Positions 1 to 13,404 are shown, counted from the first letter of the stretch. The stretch is 64,000 bases of DNA from Magallana gigas (GCF_963853765.1 NC_088859.1:43648001-43712000), one strand, 5' to 3'. Numbers and translations: made by a program. The notes: generated by a model not told the origin, from the sequence alone.

Positions 1-11
1 CATCTTTACAG

Positions 12-2946
12 AGTCGAAACCGAGCACAAAATGTTCTTCCTTGCACAACTGCTGAGATACTTAGTGCTACTCAAAATGACGACAAGTTTTACTCAGGAGA
101 AATTGAATTGTCACAGGTATAAAGATAATTATTAAAATAAATTTATCCTAACACCCTTTGAAGCTGAAAAATGAATTGCATAGTGCCTACTTAATGAAGT
201 TCTTGGATATTATGTAAGAATGATTTTTCTTCCTTGTTGCAGATAACAATTGTTGGACTCATCATTGCTGTAAAGGAATCTCCAACAAGGATAGACTATG
301 AAGTAGACGATATGACAGGACCACCTCTAGAAGTAAAACAATTTGTTGACAATGATGTAAGCAATTGATATTTATTATTTTTCATCATTTAACAGGGTTG
401 TCTCTAAGACCCGGGGGGCGGGGAATTCCCCCGCCTATAATGCCTTATTTACCAGACTATAATTGCATTTCAAACACAATGTAGCTATAAGAAAGACCCC
501 CAGACCCCCTTCTACTTTTTTATTTCTTCCTTCTACTTCAATTTTTAGAGACAACCCTGATTTAAGTAACATAGCTCTACTTTGATACATGTATTGTGTA
601 TATTGTTGTAATAAGATGGTATTCTAAAATTGATAATACTCATGTAACATGCATAAGAATTAGATACATTAAAGCATGGTCAGGTTTATTTCCTATTGTA
701 TAAGTAATTTATCATAGTTTATATATATAATGTCAACTTGGGGTAGAGAACTAGGCAGCAATATTGGTGGAAAAAAATATGTGAATTTTCAATTTCATAA
801 AATGAGTGTCATTTTGGGGTTGCGAAGAAAGCCCTTGTCAGAGCAAATAGATTGGTGGACTGAACAACCCCACCCCTCGTCTAGGGTGGAACAGCACAAC
901 AAATACACATGTTAATGTCTTTTAGAACCAGTTGCTAGAATGGCATATTATGGCATATTATAAAAAAAAAAATTGAAATTTTGAATCATTTTAGCCATTG
1001 TGAAAGTCTTAAAGATAAAAATACTAGTTAACACATGAATTTACTGGGAATCATTTTTGTTTACGCCATCTACATTTGACTTCAGGAGAGTGTACCAGAA
1101 CCAGAGAGAATAGCAGCATTGAGAGAGAATACCTATGTCAGAGTGTACGGGACAGTGCGGTCATTTGGAGGGAAGAGGAACGTGACTGCATTTAAGATGG
1201 TGCCAGTCATGGATATGAATGAAGTTACTTACCACATGCTGGAAGTCACTCACAGCCATTTAGCTCTATCCAAACATGCAGCCAGTGTATGTCTTTTTTT
1301 GTTTTCTTCATTTTTGGGGGGCTAATCAAGTTAAATTCTCTATTCTGACAACTGCCAATTTTATTACATATGTACTAAAATTGTTCTTTAAAAATTATGA
1401 CTGAACTCTTAGTTTTTCTCAAACTACTTGCATTCTTAGCTTACCTTTACTACTGTAAATGCAATATTGACCAAGTGTAAGTTTTTATTCAAATGTTGAG
1501 TATAAAAATCTACTGTCCTATACAGCTAAACTTAATATGTAAAGTTGTTTCAAAATTATTGGAAATTTAATGGGTTTTTTTTTCAAGAAATACAACATGC
1601 ATTTAAACTCAGTTCAAATTTACTTTAATTTTTGTATGGAATAACATTAGAATCATTAATGTAACCCTTTATTACTGACACTTTAAGACTTCTGAATTCT
1701 TTTTCAAAACCACTAAGTCTGATTACATGTTCTAGGAAAAGGACATTCTTTCCAATCAACTAGTTAATGCCTATCACCCATACTGAAGATTAAATAGATT
1801 AGATATGATGTTCCAGTTTTAAGGCATGCATGTACACGTACAATTGCTTGTTATATGAAATGTACAATAAATGACATTGTTTCACATTGTACCAGAATTA
1901 ATGAACAGATCATTGTAGCCAAGTTTTGTAAAACTCTATGAATATAATGCATATATTATTATCCACATGTATTTTTTTTTTTAATAAAATATCTCCATGA
2001 AGTTTAATAATATTTGTTTATGGTTGTACATAGGGCATGTCTTCTGGAGCTCCCATGAATAGTTCCACGATGGGTGACAACATTTATAATAACCAGGACA
2101 GTGGGATGATTAGTGGACTCAACCAGGTCCAAAACCAGGTCAGTGCTCAACTCAACGTTCAGTACATTGAACCTCTCAATTCTAGGTAATGTGTAAATTA
2201 TTGTAAGTGTTAATGTCAGGGAAAAGTTCAAGATGTGATTCGTTTATGTTTAAGGTCCACTCAATCATCCAAAGCAATGTAACCGAGGAAGGTGCTAGCA
2301 TAGAAAATGTCTGTAAGCAGTTACGAGGAGTCCCAGAGAGATCAGTCAGGTTAGTAAGGCTCATTTATCATGAATTTGCTGTATAACGAGGATATGTGAA
2401 GCCATTTCTTCTTCATTTTAAGTTAGAATAACACAAAGTAGGGAATGCATGAAATGGTTTGTAACATTTTATTTTTACCAACTACCCCACTTTTAATATG
2501 AAAGTATTATAAAACAGCCTATACATGACAAGTTAGGTTTGTTTATATAAAAAGGTAAAACAAAATATCACATGTTTTTTTTACATAGATTACAGGAAAT
2601 TAATTCATTTTCAGTTCCTTTCTGTATTAAATAGTCACGTGTGATAAAATTTTCTTCTATCTAAAATGCAATGTCATAGTCTGAAATTTGGCACCCCTTG
2701 TATAATTTAAAAAAAGAGAGAAAGAAGGAAAAGCAAAGAGCAAAGGGATTCAGCAATTCACATGATAGTGTATAATGAAAGTTTTTTTCAGTAATCTGAG
2801 GACTGCTGAAAAGTCCTTTGTGGCAATGTTGTTTTGTGGTGACATTTGTTTTATCATATTTCAGAGAGGCAATAGAGTTCTTGAGCAGTGAGGGGCATAT
2901 TTACTCCACAATAGACGAGGATCATTACAAGGCGACCGACAGTTGA
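12..2946 (+). CDS. RPA2: Replication protein A 32 kDa subunit; 5'-partial, six exons: 12-116, 243-356, 1086-1286, 2034-2138, 2255-2349, 2865-2946
   Basis: All introns are GT-AG and phases join cleanly (~234 aa). The translation has OB-fold segments ITIVGLI...[10 protein letters not shown] and [20 protein letters not shown]...[10 protein letters not shown], and the winged-helix C-terminus [26 protein letters not shown], matching the RPA2 family. Confidence 0.96.
393..559. mobile_element. 167-bp MITE in an RPA2 intron
   Basis: Perfect 15-bp TIRs CAGGGTTGTCTCTAA (393-407) and TTAGAGACAACCCTG (545-559), flanked by the direct repeat ATTTAA (387-392, 560-565). Confidence 0.85.
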
Positions 2947-4019
2947 GGCCCAATGTTATACAATGTAACAGACTGAAGACATTTACTTTGAGGATTATAA
3001 AAACCTAGGTTTAGTCCTATTTCTCAAGAACTATGTGCGATATAACCTCAAATCACGAAAAGTTTATTCTGACAGGAATAGCATTTTGAACACATACTAG
3101 TACCGGTACATGTGCTAAGAAAAGTAATACATGTCTTGTTTAGTGTGTGCATGTATTTAATATTATTTTTGTTTTTTTATAACTCTGGTAGTGGAAGTTC
3201 TTGTTGAGAGATAAAACCATTGTTTTCATTTAGAAAAAAAAGAAAATAAAACTAAATTTTGACAATGCACATCTTATTGCTTTTTCTGTGTTGCTTGTTC
3301 ATATTTTTTCTTAGGTATGGGGGTTGTTAAAATGAAACAGTTGGAATAAGAAACTGCTGCTACTAATCTGTGTCATCTTTCATGGGCTACAATTGTCATG
3401 TAGTGACCTTACATATTATTAAAAAGGGGAACAGAACATTGAGTAACAACATTTTTTGGCAAATGATCTTGTTTTGATAACTTGGAGAACTTTCTACTTT
3501 CAGCAGAAATGAATTAGATTTTTTTATTACTTGAAAGGATTTGTTTCCATTTGTATATTCACCACCGTACCGTATACACATGTATTGTGGAGTTTTTGAA
3601 GAGAAGAAAGTCTTAATAAAAATAACTATAATGCATTATAAAGTGTGGTACAAAAAGTAGTCATGCTTTTAAAAGCCATTGGTCTTTAAGATTTTTAAAA
3701 TGAAAAATATACATGTATTGTAAAGAAATTTTAAGATTTAAATACCACATGCACATGTTCTTATCAAAGTAAATTTTGTTTGAATCTTGATAAAAGTATT
3801 TTAACAGTCGTTATTGATACAAAGCCTCTTAATGATATGAATATCATTAAGAGTTGCAATTGCAATGCCTACCGGTATATAATGCATTAAATTATTGCAG
3901 TAACATATGATTTTGCCAACTGTTGATTAGCTGCAGGTTTGTAGCTTCCGGTCTGAAAAAGTTCGGATGGACAACCTGGGAGATACAGTGCCTCACAGTA
4001 AAAATAAAAATGGAATGTA

Positions 4020-4355
4020 CGGTGCACAAAAATTGTGCTAGTTTTGAACTAATTAACCTTATTTACGAACATATAACATTTAGATATCATCACTTTACTT
4101 GCCTCTGATATTCTTATAAACACCATCTACAGCCCTGTAAAGTGAAGTGCAGTTTGTTTACATGTAATAATGACATTAACATACTTCAATTTCTGAGGTT
4201 AGTAGCGTGTTTAAGAAAATGTGTAAGGCAAGTTAAGTACCAATATCAGTAGTAAATTGAATGAAAAATTTGATGGTACAATTTTTTTTCTCCACAAAAT
4301 GATTTCGGATAAAAGGTTAATCAGTCCAAAACTAGCACAATTTTTTTGTGCGCCG
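4020..4355. mobile_element. Tc1/mariner-like MITE with TA target duplication
   Basis: ~45-bp imperfect TIRs CGGTGCACAAAAATTGTGCTAGTTTTGAACTAATTAACC / GGTTAATCAGTCCAAAACTAGCACAATTTTTTTGTGCGCCG, with TA at 4018-4019 and 4356-4357. Confidence 0.75.
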
Positions 4356-4365
4356 TAAATTTCAG

Positions 4366-5265
4366 TTTTTAGCTCACTGAAACGAGGTCGGGGGAGCTTA
4401 TGCTATACCGTTGGCGTCCGGACCTGGTTTAAGTTTTTGTTGCAGGTCCTGTATCCAAGTTATCACTTGTCCTATCTTCACCAAACTTGCATAGATGATG
4501 CATCTGAACCTACTTATTGACTTAAAAGACTTGGATGATTATATTTTAGTTATTACTGGTCCTAACTTCACCAAACTTGCATGGATGGTGGGTCTTATGA
4601 TACTGATGCACATGACAGGCATGAATGCTGAATCTGAGCCTTAGGTTTCGGACGCTAGAGGAGGTTAAGGTTTTAAGAGCTGGTCACATGTTTAATAGAT
4701 AATAGGACTATTTCAAACTTTCATTGTGTATTTAACTATAAGATATATGAATTGGAGAAGTAGCTTCAGAAGCAGAGCATGATCTTCATTATCAAGGATG
4801 CTAAATAGTCTCCTACCTCACTCAGACCTGTTTGACAGATGTTTTTGTTGTTAAACGATATAACATGATTCATGATAACATGACCCATATGTTTCGGATG
4901 CTGCAAGAGGTTAAGGTTTTTAGACCTCAGGTTTAAGTTTTTAGAGCAGGTGCCCTCTGTTAGTTATATCTTGGTTATTACTGGTCCTAACTTCACCAAA
5001 CATGCATGGATGGTGTGTCTTATGATACTGATGCACCTGACAGGCTTGAATGCTGATTCTGAGCCATAGATTTCGGATGCTGGATGATGTTTAGTTTTTT
5101 TAAGAACAAGTAACATGTTTATAGAGAATAGCTTGATTTAACTATAATATATATGCTTCAGATGCAAAACCTGATCTACATTATCAAGGATGCTTAAACG
5201 TCTCCTACCTCACTCAGACCTGTTTGACAGATGTTTTTGTTGTTAAACGATATAACGTGATTCCT
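4366..5265 (+). mobile_element. Helentron/HINE-like non-autonomous element with an internal ~420-bp duplication
   Basis: Starts TTTTTAGCTCACTG followed by CTTCACCAAACTTGCA motifs. Block ~4550-4870 is repeated at ~4975-5260. The family call comes from recalled bivalve HINE structure, not a database search. Confidence 0.55.
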
Positions 5266-6100
5266 ATGATATTGTATGATATGATACACTATTGGTTTAT
5301 ATGATACAATATAACATCATATTACAAGTGTAAATTGTAAACAGTTATATGATACAGTATGATATTGTATCAAATTCTTTATATATTATGATATGATATT
5401 GTATCATGATATGGTATGGTATAGTATTGTATATAATAATACATTACTGTATAATATAATTTTGCATTATATATTATTTTATCACATGATATTGTTTTAT
5501 ATAATATTGCAATATACATATCATATACAATATTGTATAATATGATATTGGTTTATATATTATTATATTTCTTTAAATTTTATTATAAGATATTGCAATA
5601 TATATAATATTGTATAATATGATATGATATTGTATGCTATATTATATTATAAATTTTATAAGTATATCACATGGTTTTGTATCATATGATATAATGTATC
5701 AAATTATATTGTATCATATGATACAATATCACATTATATATCAAATATGATACAAAATCATACAATATAATATCATACAATATTGTACAATATTATATCA
5801 TATGTTACAATATTGTGATATTGTATCATATAATACTTTGTTGTATTATATGTAAATTATGTATAATGATATTTTATGATGTGATCACATTCAGTAATGT
5901 ATAACATAATACAATGTCATACCATATGTTACAATATCATATTGCATCAGTATTTATTACAGTATTACATGTTATATATTGTAAGTATCATAGGATGCAA
6001 TATCGTATAATTTATATTTTTGATAACACGGTATACATTATCATACAATTTTTGAACATATGATATACGATATTGTGTCAAAACAGTATCCATAACTATC
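5265..6100. repeat. Degenerate AT-rich pentanucleotide low-complexity tract (ATATG/ATATT/ATACA-like)
   Basis: About 830 bp of ATGAT/ATTGT/ATATC/ATACA units. Confidence 0.85.
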
Positions 6101-6520
6101 CAAGATCATTAACTATGATTTTCATATAATGTAATAAAGGTGGTCTCAAAAAGGTGATGCCTCGTCTCATTGAGCTTTGTAATCTGTGATTACCTATGTT
6201 TTACTATGGGAGGCCTTGTAGCTCCCAGGTCGTCCATCCAAATTTTTTCAGACCGGGAGCTACATACCTGCAGCTAACGGCTAATGATATATCGCCGCTT
6301 AATGATAAGTTTGTATCATTAAGTGTCACAAATGCACAGCAGCCGTAACGCTTAATGAAAGAAGCAAGTATCTTCTCTTTCAACTGCTAATGTTAAAAAG
6401 TTTTTATCATTAAATGGTGCAGTTGCACCTTTTAATGATGCAAAATTGTAAATTTAAAGCAGTTTTTTATGAAGTAATACCATTTCATTTTCCTAAATAT
6501 GCTCACCATAAGTAATGTGT

Positions 6521-7445
6521 TAATTAAGTCTCCCAAACGAAGTTTGGAGACTTATTGTTTTTGTACAGTTCTTTTTGTTCTTCGTCTTTTTCTTCTTTTC
6601 CACTCTGAACTTGTCCGTCGCGTTTCTCAGAGATGGCTGAACAGAATTAGAAGTGGAAATGACCATATATCTCAGAAACTGTTAGAATCCTGACCCCTAA
6701 ACCATACATATTCTTCTTCCATGTGTTAAGGGGCATCAAATGGTATGTAGGTCATGGGCCCTGGGGGTGGTCTTGACCCCCCTCAAACAGGAAGTGCCCA
6801 AATAACTTGAAAATGGTTAAGATCCCCACCCCTAAACCATAAGTATTCTTGTTCCTTGTGTCAAGGGGCATCAAATGGTATGTAGGTCATGGGCCCTTGG
6901 GATGGTCCTGACCCCCCTCAAACAGGAAGTGCCCAAATATCTTGAAAACGGTTAAGAACCCCACTTCTATTCCAGATATATTATTGTTCCATGTGTTAAG
7001 GGGCATCAAATGGTATGTAGGTCATGGGCCCTTGGGGTGGACCTGACCCCCCTAAAACAGGAAGTGCCCGAATATCTTGAAAATGGTGAAGATTCCCACC
7101 CCTTAACCATATATATTCTTGTTCCCTGTGCTAAGGGGAATCACATGGTATGTAGGTCATGGGTCCCAGGGGTAGTCCTGACCCCCCTCAAACAGGAAGT
7201 GTTCGAATATCTTGAAAACGGTTAAGATTCCCACTCCTTAACCAAATATATCCTTGTTCCTTGGGTCATGTTGGTTTACCTGATATATAGTAAAGGTCCC
7301 CTGGGGAACATCATGAAACTTCAGAAATAAAAATAATCAACTTCTTAATCTTTTTGTCTGTAAAGTTTGACCCATTTGGGTCATCCCTACTCCCAATGAT
7401 GGCCTCGTTCGTTTGGGAGACTTTATCATCGCCCTGATTATAATT
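6521..7445 (+). mobile_element. Helentron/HINE-like element carrying a 135-bp tandem array
   Basis: Subterminal inverted repeat AAGTCTCCCAAACGA (6526-6540) / TCGTTTGGGAGACTT (7409-7423), 5' hairpin AGTCTCCCAAACGAAGTTTGGAGACT, TTC-rich microsatellite, then a central tandem array. Confidence 0.7.
6690..7270 (+). repeat. Tandem repeat, 135-bp unit, ~4.3 copies
   Basis: The CA(A/C)ATGGTATGTAGGTCATGGG anchor recurs at 6737, 6872, 7007 and 7142. Confidence 0.92.
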
Positions 7446-9043
7446 ACATCTTGTTTACAATTACATATGTACATGTACCTGTACTATTTTTGTACAAGTT
7501 CTACATTAATTTGTAATTGTACGAGCATTGACAACTTCGGAGGCTGTAAAGCTCATCAGGATAAGATAAATGCTACTGTGTTTAATAGAACTCAAATCAA
7601 TAATTCTCGTACAAGTTATTGATGCATTAATCATTTTGATATTAATTAAAGTATACCAATAATAAAGTAATATGTAGTTTTTCTGTTCGAATACTCTCAG
7701 TACTTTGATGATTTTCCTTATTGGCTGCTAGCCTCTTCGGGCTTAGTGGCGGCTGCTAGCTTCAGCCTGGTTGAAAAACCGTATGTTAGATGTTTTTCTG
7801 TTCCTCTTTTAAAAATTTACCTTTTAAAGTTTGGTGCATATAGTTTCCAGAGCAAGTAAAAATGGCACGGTTTAATTTCAGGAACATAACTTTTGTAAAC
7901 CATGCAACAAGTCCAAAAACAATTTGGCAGAGTTTATTTACTGGGAGAAGTAGGTCGTATGAATGACCCTATAATGACTCTCTCGAAGAGCGCCGTAGAT
8001 TGTTTTTCATATTGTACAATGCATAATACTAATTTACATATGTGACTAACAAGTTATACAATAAATTACGGCACAATCCTGGAAATTCGTTAAATACATT
8101 GGAATTCAAACGTAAACTTTGATAAGCTCAAGTCAACGTCCGGGTTTTGTGCTCTAGTTATCATAACGTTGATGTAATTTCTTTGCAACGTTCTCAACTG
8201 TTCCTGTATCGACTTCCGAGATAGATAAACATCCTGGTAGCTTACATTGTCGTTAATGACCTGGATTGTTAATCACTAATTCGAACAGTGCTTACTATCT
8301 ATTCAAGATATATTACTATAGTCAGATACTCTTTACACAATTGCGCCGAAAAATATAGTTCCATTCATGATCAGCAAATGCAACATTACAACAAATGTTT
8401 AGAATTATAGAATATCGATGTATATGTAATACGTGGAAGAAAACTAAACTAACGTAAAATTATCTAAGAAAAACACCTTTCCCCAAGAAATGTAAATGTG
8501 AGGTATTCATATTCCTGCTAGCTGCTTTCTCAGTCTTTTTCACGAAAATATAGGTTATTCTTCGATTGACTATTTTTTTCATTAATGCAAGCTTATATTA
8601 ATATTAAATTTAATATATTAATTTCATGATTATTGTTCGTTAGTTAGCACACAATCTCTTTTATTTATTTGTTGGGTATGAATTTGTGTTTTCTTTCTTC
8701 CCTTTTTTTTACGACTAAACGGTTACGCAAAACCTCCACTCGTGTAGGCTGTGTTTATACACAGATGCGTGTACTGTTTGCTAGTGAAGGGTGAGAGTAT
8801 TTGCTACGGATATGAAAAACTCAATACGCCAGTTTCTAAACAAGTTCAATGATTTTAACTTAAGAGATTGGCTGAGCACAGTGAAAATTCAAGTAATTGA
8901 AAAGTCAAATATCTTGGATATGGGGAAACCCATATCTATTCCTGTTATTTCGAAAAAGTCTTACATTTTTATATCCCAATCAAATTATAGGTCAATGTAC
9001 ATTATCATAAGTAAATAGTTTAATATGTTTACTCTTCTAATTA

Positions 9044-9258
9044 CTATGAAATTATCATTGTTCGTTGGGGACCAATGTTCGTGGCTTTCGTGGGTAACCG
9101 TTGCCCAGGATTTTACATTCCCACGAACCTATATACATGTTCAATATTCATCAAAATTATCCCAATTACACTACCATCGAAATAACGCTTCCTCGAACCA
9201 GGAACATTTTGGCTACCTCCGAACATTGACCTCCACGAAAAAAAAATGATTCCACAGT
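9044..9258. mobile_element. Degenerate TA-flanked MITE
   Basis: Imperfect TIRs TACTATGAAATTATC...CAATGTTCGTGG versus CGAACATTGACCTCCACGAAAAAAAAATGATTCCACAGTA. Confidence 0.5.
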
Positions 9259-10049
9259 AAGCTTAAAGAACTCGCGCCCAAGTCACATTGTAAAGGCTAA
9301 AATGAAACTAAATATACCATCTAGAAACTATTTTATTTTAAACATGATATGAATTGTGAACTTCAGCATGTAAAGAATACATCTTTAAGTTACTTGTTTT
9401 AGAAGGTCATCTAAGTGTAATTGCAATAGCTTATACCCTTATTAATTGTGTGAGAGGTGATTTGCTCATAGAGTTACATCTCTTTGACTTACTTGCGTAA
9501 TTCCAAATCTATTTTTAGTAACAATCTTAGCTCTCAAATTACAGAAAACTTTTCCTCTATATTTATATAATCAATTTTTTCATCATTTGAATAAGAGTTT
9601 TAAGGTCATTTTTATTATGTTGCAATGTTTAAATAACGTTTTAAAGTTATTTAACCCTTAATTATTACTTTCGGTGAAGAATCACTTGGGTTTTACATTG
9701 CACAGATTTTGATTGCTGTCAGCTGGGGGTTGCAACTGAAGAATACTGTAAGCTTATATTTTTTGTGAATGATATTCAGCATTGTAGCTGTTGCGTGTAT
9801 CGTCGAGGATGAAATTAGCTCTCGTTTGATGTATCGAATTACATCAAAAGCATATTATTAATTTCATACTTTGGAAATAATTATCATATACATGCCATAG
9901 AAAACTTCGTGCTTACAGTATTTCCACAAAGTTATTATTTTTCAATTTTTATACATTTTATCCCAATTTTGAAAGATAATAAAAAAGAATGCGAACATAT
10001 TTGAATTGAATTATTCCATTAGATAGGGTATTGTATGTATTTTGATCAT

Positions 10050-10435
10050 TATAGAAAGAAAGATACTGTAATCGATGTAATGTCAAATCAGTGGATGATG
10101 AAAAACATTTTTTATTCTCATGTGATCATAATAAGGCATTAAGAGATACTCTGTACAATTTTGCTAATGACTCTTGTAAAAATTTGCAATACATGGACAA
10201 TGACCAAAAATTATACTGGCTTATGACAAATGAAGATTTACAAGTACTTGAACAACTCGGTGAAATTATTCTTAAAGATGGAATATAATGGTTATAGTTA
10301 TATTTGCATATATAATATGCAATGTATTTTCTTTTAGAGGGGGGTTGTTATGTTATGATATTATTTTATTTTTTTATGTATATACCCCCGAGGGCCCTTG
10401 ATTGGTGAATATAGAAATATATGATTAATATTATT
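10050..10435 (+). mobile_element. 5'-truncated non-LTR retrotransposon (LINE, L2/CR1-like) ORF2 C-terminus and 3' UTR
   Basis: In-frame ERYCNRCNVKSVDDEKHFLFSC...ALRDTL fits the C-x2-C...ED-E-x-H-F-L-x-x-C zinc-knuckle end of LINE ORF2. An AT-rich tail follows. Confidence 0.7.
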
Positions 10436-10982
10436 GTTCAGGGCAACCTTATTAAAACTAGACGTTATAAATTCGCCACTGCTTCTCAAAGAAGAGACTT
10501 GAGAAGCGGCAGTGGGTTCAGAACTTCTAATTTTAATTAGACTGAGTTCAGGGAATCGTCTTATTACAAAGAGAAATATTTTAACGTCAAGCGCCTGTGT
10601 TAAAGAGATATAACATCAAAAACCATTAGATTTACCAATCCCCTATCCCAATTAAAAAAAAACAAAAAAAAAATTAAAAAAAAAAACGAAAAACACACAC
10701 ACAAACCATGTCATCAAAAGTCCTTGGCTTCGTGTAGGCGTGTAGTAACTCCACAATTCATGCAGAAATATTTGAATATGTAGGCCATCAAATCTCATTA
10801 TTTGACTGCTGATAAGGTCAATTTACATTTTTTTAGAAAGCTCACCAAATTCGTTTTAGAGAGTGACTTCATTAACAAATAAGAGCAGTATGTAATGCAA
10901 TTAAGCTTACTTTGGGAAAAATGTTCATCGACGATGGTGGTGATTTTTTTGTCTAATATTTTAGTTGTAACTTTTGTTGTTG

Positions 10983-11434
10983 TTTAAGGGTCATGGTCAT
11001 AATTTTGGTGAGATTTCATTTTTCTATTTTTAGTGTTTATAATGCTTTAGAAATGCATTTCTAATGGTCAACCAAAATTTGAGTGTCAGTCGTCAAGTTA
11101 TAAGCAAGATACAGAACTCACAATTCTTTGTCATGTAAACAAGGCTCGTGCCCTGTTTTTGTTTACATTGGTTCAACATTCCGGTAAACGTTCATTTTCA
11201 AGCTGATTTCTTTCTTTTCCAATTCGTTTTAAGCATAAATAAATAATACCTAGTGTATATCACATTCATTTTGGGTCTAAAACTGGAATTTTCGCTTTTA
11301 CATTCAAAACATAAACAAAGCTTTGTTTACATGAGAAAGAGTTGTAAGCTCTGTATCTCGTTTATAAGTCTACAACTTACACTCAAATTATGGTTGACCA
11401 TTACAAACGCCTTTCTGAAGCATTGTAAACATTA
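10983..11434. mobile_element. Truncated long-palindromic TTAA-type MITE
   Basis: Starts TTTAAGGGTCATGGTCA. Bases ~11030-11130 are an inverted copy of ~11330-11432. The right end is cut off by the next repeat. Confidence 0.55.
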
Positions 11435-12039
11435 ATCAAAGTACTGAAGAACTGACGGGAGTTGATTTTGTCGATGTTTATTTATTTTAAAATCAATGAT
11501 ATGCTATTTTGCATGACAAGTACATGTAGTTTCTAATTTGAATTACTCACATTTTTTGTGTGTGGACTTTTTCGACAAGAATGTCGAGAAACCCCCATAT
11601 GAATCATGTTAAATAATATTTAGAGATAAAATTAATTCAATCAAACTATGTATCAGTAATAGAAATATTTCTTGAAAATTGTATGGATCCAAGCAATATT
11701 AAACTCTAGTCTAGTCAACCAAACGCTCGGCTGACACCGTAAATCTCCGACAAGGATTTACGGAGACAGGCGAGCGTCGAGTTGAACGAGACTATATTGA
11801 ACTCTGGCGTAGGAATACATACGACTACAAAAAATATTTAAATTGTTCGTACCATTTAAAATCTGACTATTTTCGAGGTATTGATACATAAGTTTCCTTG
11901 AAAAATAATGCTTTAGCATACATTACATCGAATTTATCAATTATTTCCAAGAACTATGTCTTGTCAGCAGCAATGATTTGTGCTGAGGTCCAAACACTGT
12001 TTCACTTTCGGTTTGTCTGATTAACTGCATAGGAGAGCA
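11435..12039 (+). repeat. Dispersed repeat, second copy at 51594-52200
   Basis: Collinear similarity from ATCAAAGTACTGAAG to ACTGCATAGGAGAG in both copies. Confidence 0.85.
11707..11794. mobile_element. Mini palindromic insertion (TAGTCT...AGACTA) with ~10-bp target duplication
   Basis: Flanked by TATTAAACTC and TATTGAACTC. A longer version sits at the same host site at 51843-51956. Confidence 0.65.
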
Positions 12040-13288
12040 GAAAAATAATTTTTTGACCAAAATCGTATTATGCCCCTTTATTAACTGCTAGCCACATTAA
12101 ATGGTAAGCATAGATGACAATTGAGCAATACCGCTGCACCTAGGATTGTTTAGTGTTGACATTTTAAAAAAATTCTTAAATGATGTCCCAGACCCGCCGA
12201 ATTAGATTTGAATAGGCTGGAGTAAAACTGACCACTGTATAGCTACGGATGGTAAGGTCCTGTGATCTCTGGACCTTGCCTGACCCCATGATGTTCTTAT
12301 AGTCAAAACAGACAGGGTACAAATTAGGTTATCAAATCAATAGAATAATACACGGAGAACACGAAGGCTGGTTCAGATATATTGTTGTATTCACGAAAGT
12401 GCAATTCACTAAGAAAGGGATTGAAAGTATGAATAATGTCATTATTTGAGACCCCTGTCCAGCTCGTGGGCGTTAGTTCTTACTGATCCTATCTTCAATT
12501 ATTTGCTTCCAGACATTCTCGGTCGAACTCTCTGTCAACCCTAATCATTAGATCTACAACGACTGGGCTAATATTCTAAGCCCGTAGTAAGTTGAAATCC
12601 CATTCAGTTTATTTTCTGTTCGCATATAATGGGATAAAAAATAGATGAGTTTTCTAGGGCGATTTAATAAATTTTTAAGATATGAGGCACTTTACAAAAG
12701 TGAAATTAATTTAGTATTAAGATTTGAAAAATGTACCGGTATCCGAAGTAGTGGCAAGAAAATAGACCATGGACAGGTATTTTTAGATTCTATGGTTTTA
12801 ATGAAGAAAAACAACTGTCAAACTTGATAATGTACATTTTCATGCAATGCAAGAGCATGTGCTTGTATGCAATTTAAAAAATTGGATCCGAAATTAATTA
12901 AGTATGGTTTCAAAATTAAATAAGCAAACGTATGAATTGGCCATGTATTAATTATTAATTAATGCTTTGCTATATAAGAGTTAAAGAACTCTAAATGTAA
13001 AAGTAATCATAGAAATGACTCTTTTGAGTGCAGTGTTCTAACGTTTCTTAATTCCGGTTTTGATTTCATCAATAAATCATAATTTCTAATTGAATCTTTG
13101 ATCGGGGCGTGTTGACTTGTTTCTTCTGTGAACACTATCATTTAAGTCAAAATTAACATCACCTGAATGGAAGCAATACGGTTCCTCAATAGTACACGAT
13201 TCCTATTTTAAGACTTTATTCGTTGCACTGAAAACCCGTGGTAATTATCTACAAGTAAATCTGAATTTTAACCTACGAGTTACTGGCC

Positions 13289-13404
13289 TACTGTCCTTTC
13301 CGATATATTACATTTTATCAAATAAATTATACAACGTGACTACTTTAAAATGGTCATGTTGTATATTTTATTTGATAAAATGAAATATATCGTAAAGGAC
13401 ACTA
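13289..13404. repeat. Near-perfect ~52-bp-arm hairpin
   Basis: 13289-13340 matches the reverse complement of 13353-13404 with few mismatches. Confidence 0.8.

Larger units (their letters stand above)
3930..6274. mobile_element. TIR element (~70-bp TIRs, TA flanks) containing nested insertions
   Basis: GCTGCAGGTTTGTAGCTTCCGGTCTGAAAAAGTTCGGATGGACAACCTGGGAG (3930 onward) matches the reverse complement of ~6208-6274 at high identity. TA lies on both outer sides. Confidence 0.75.

Noticed and set aside
6690-7270. Regularly spaced repeats as a CRISPR-like array (also 33995-34759)
   Set aside because: Whole units are conserved with no unique spacers, there are no cas genes, and the context is eukaryotic.
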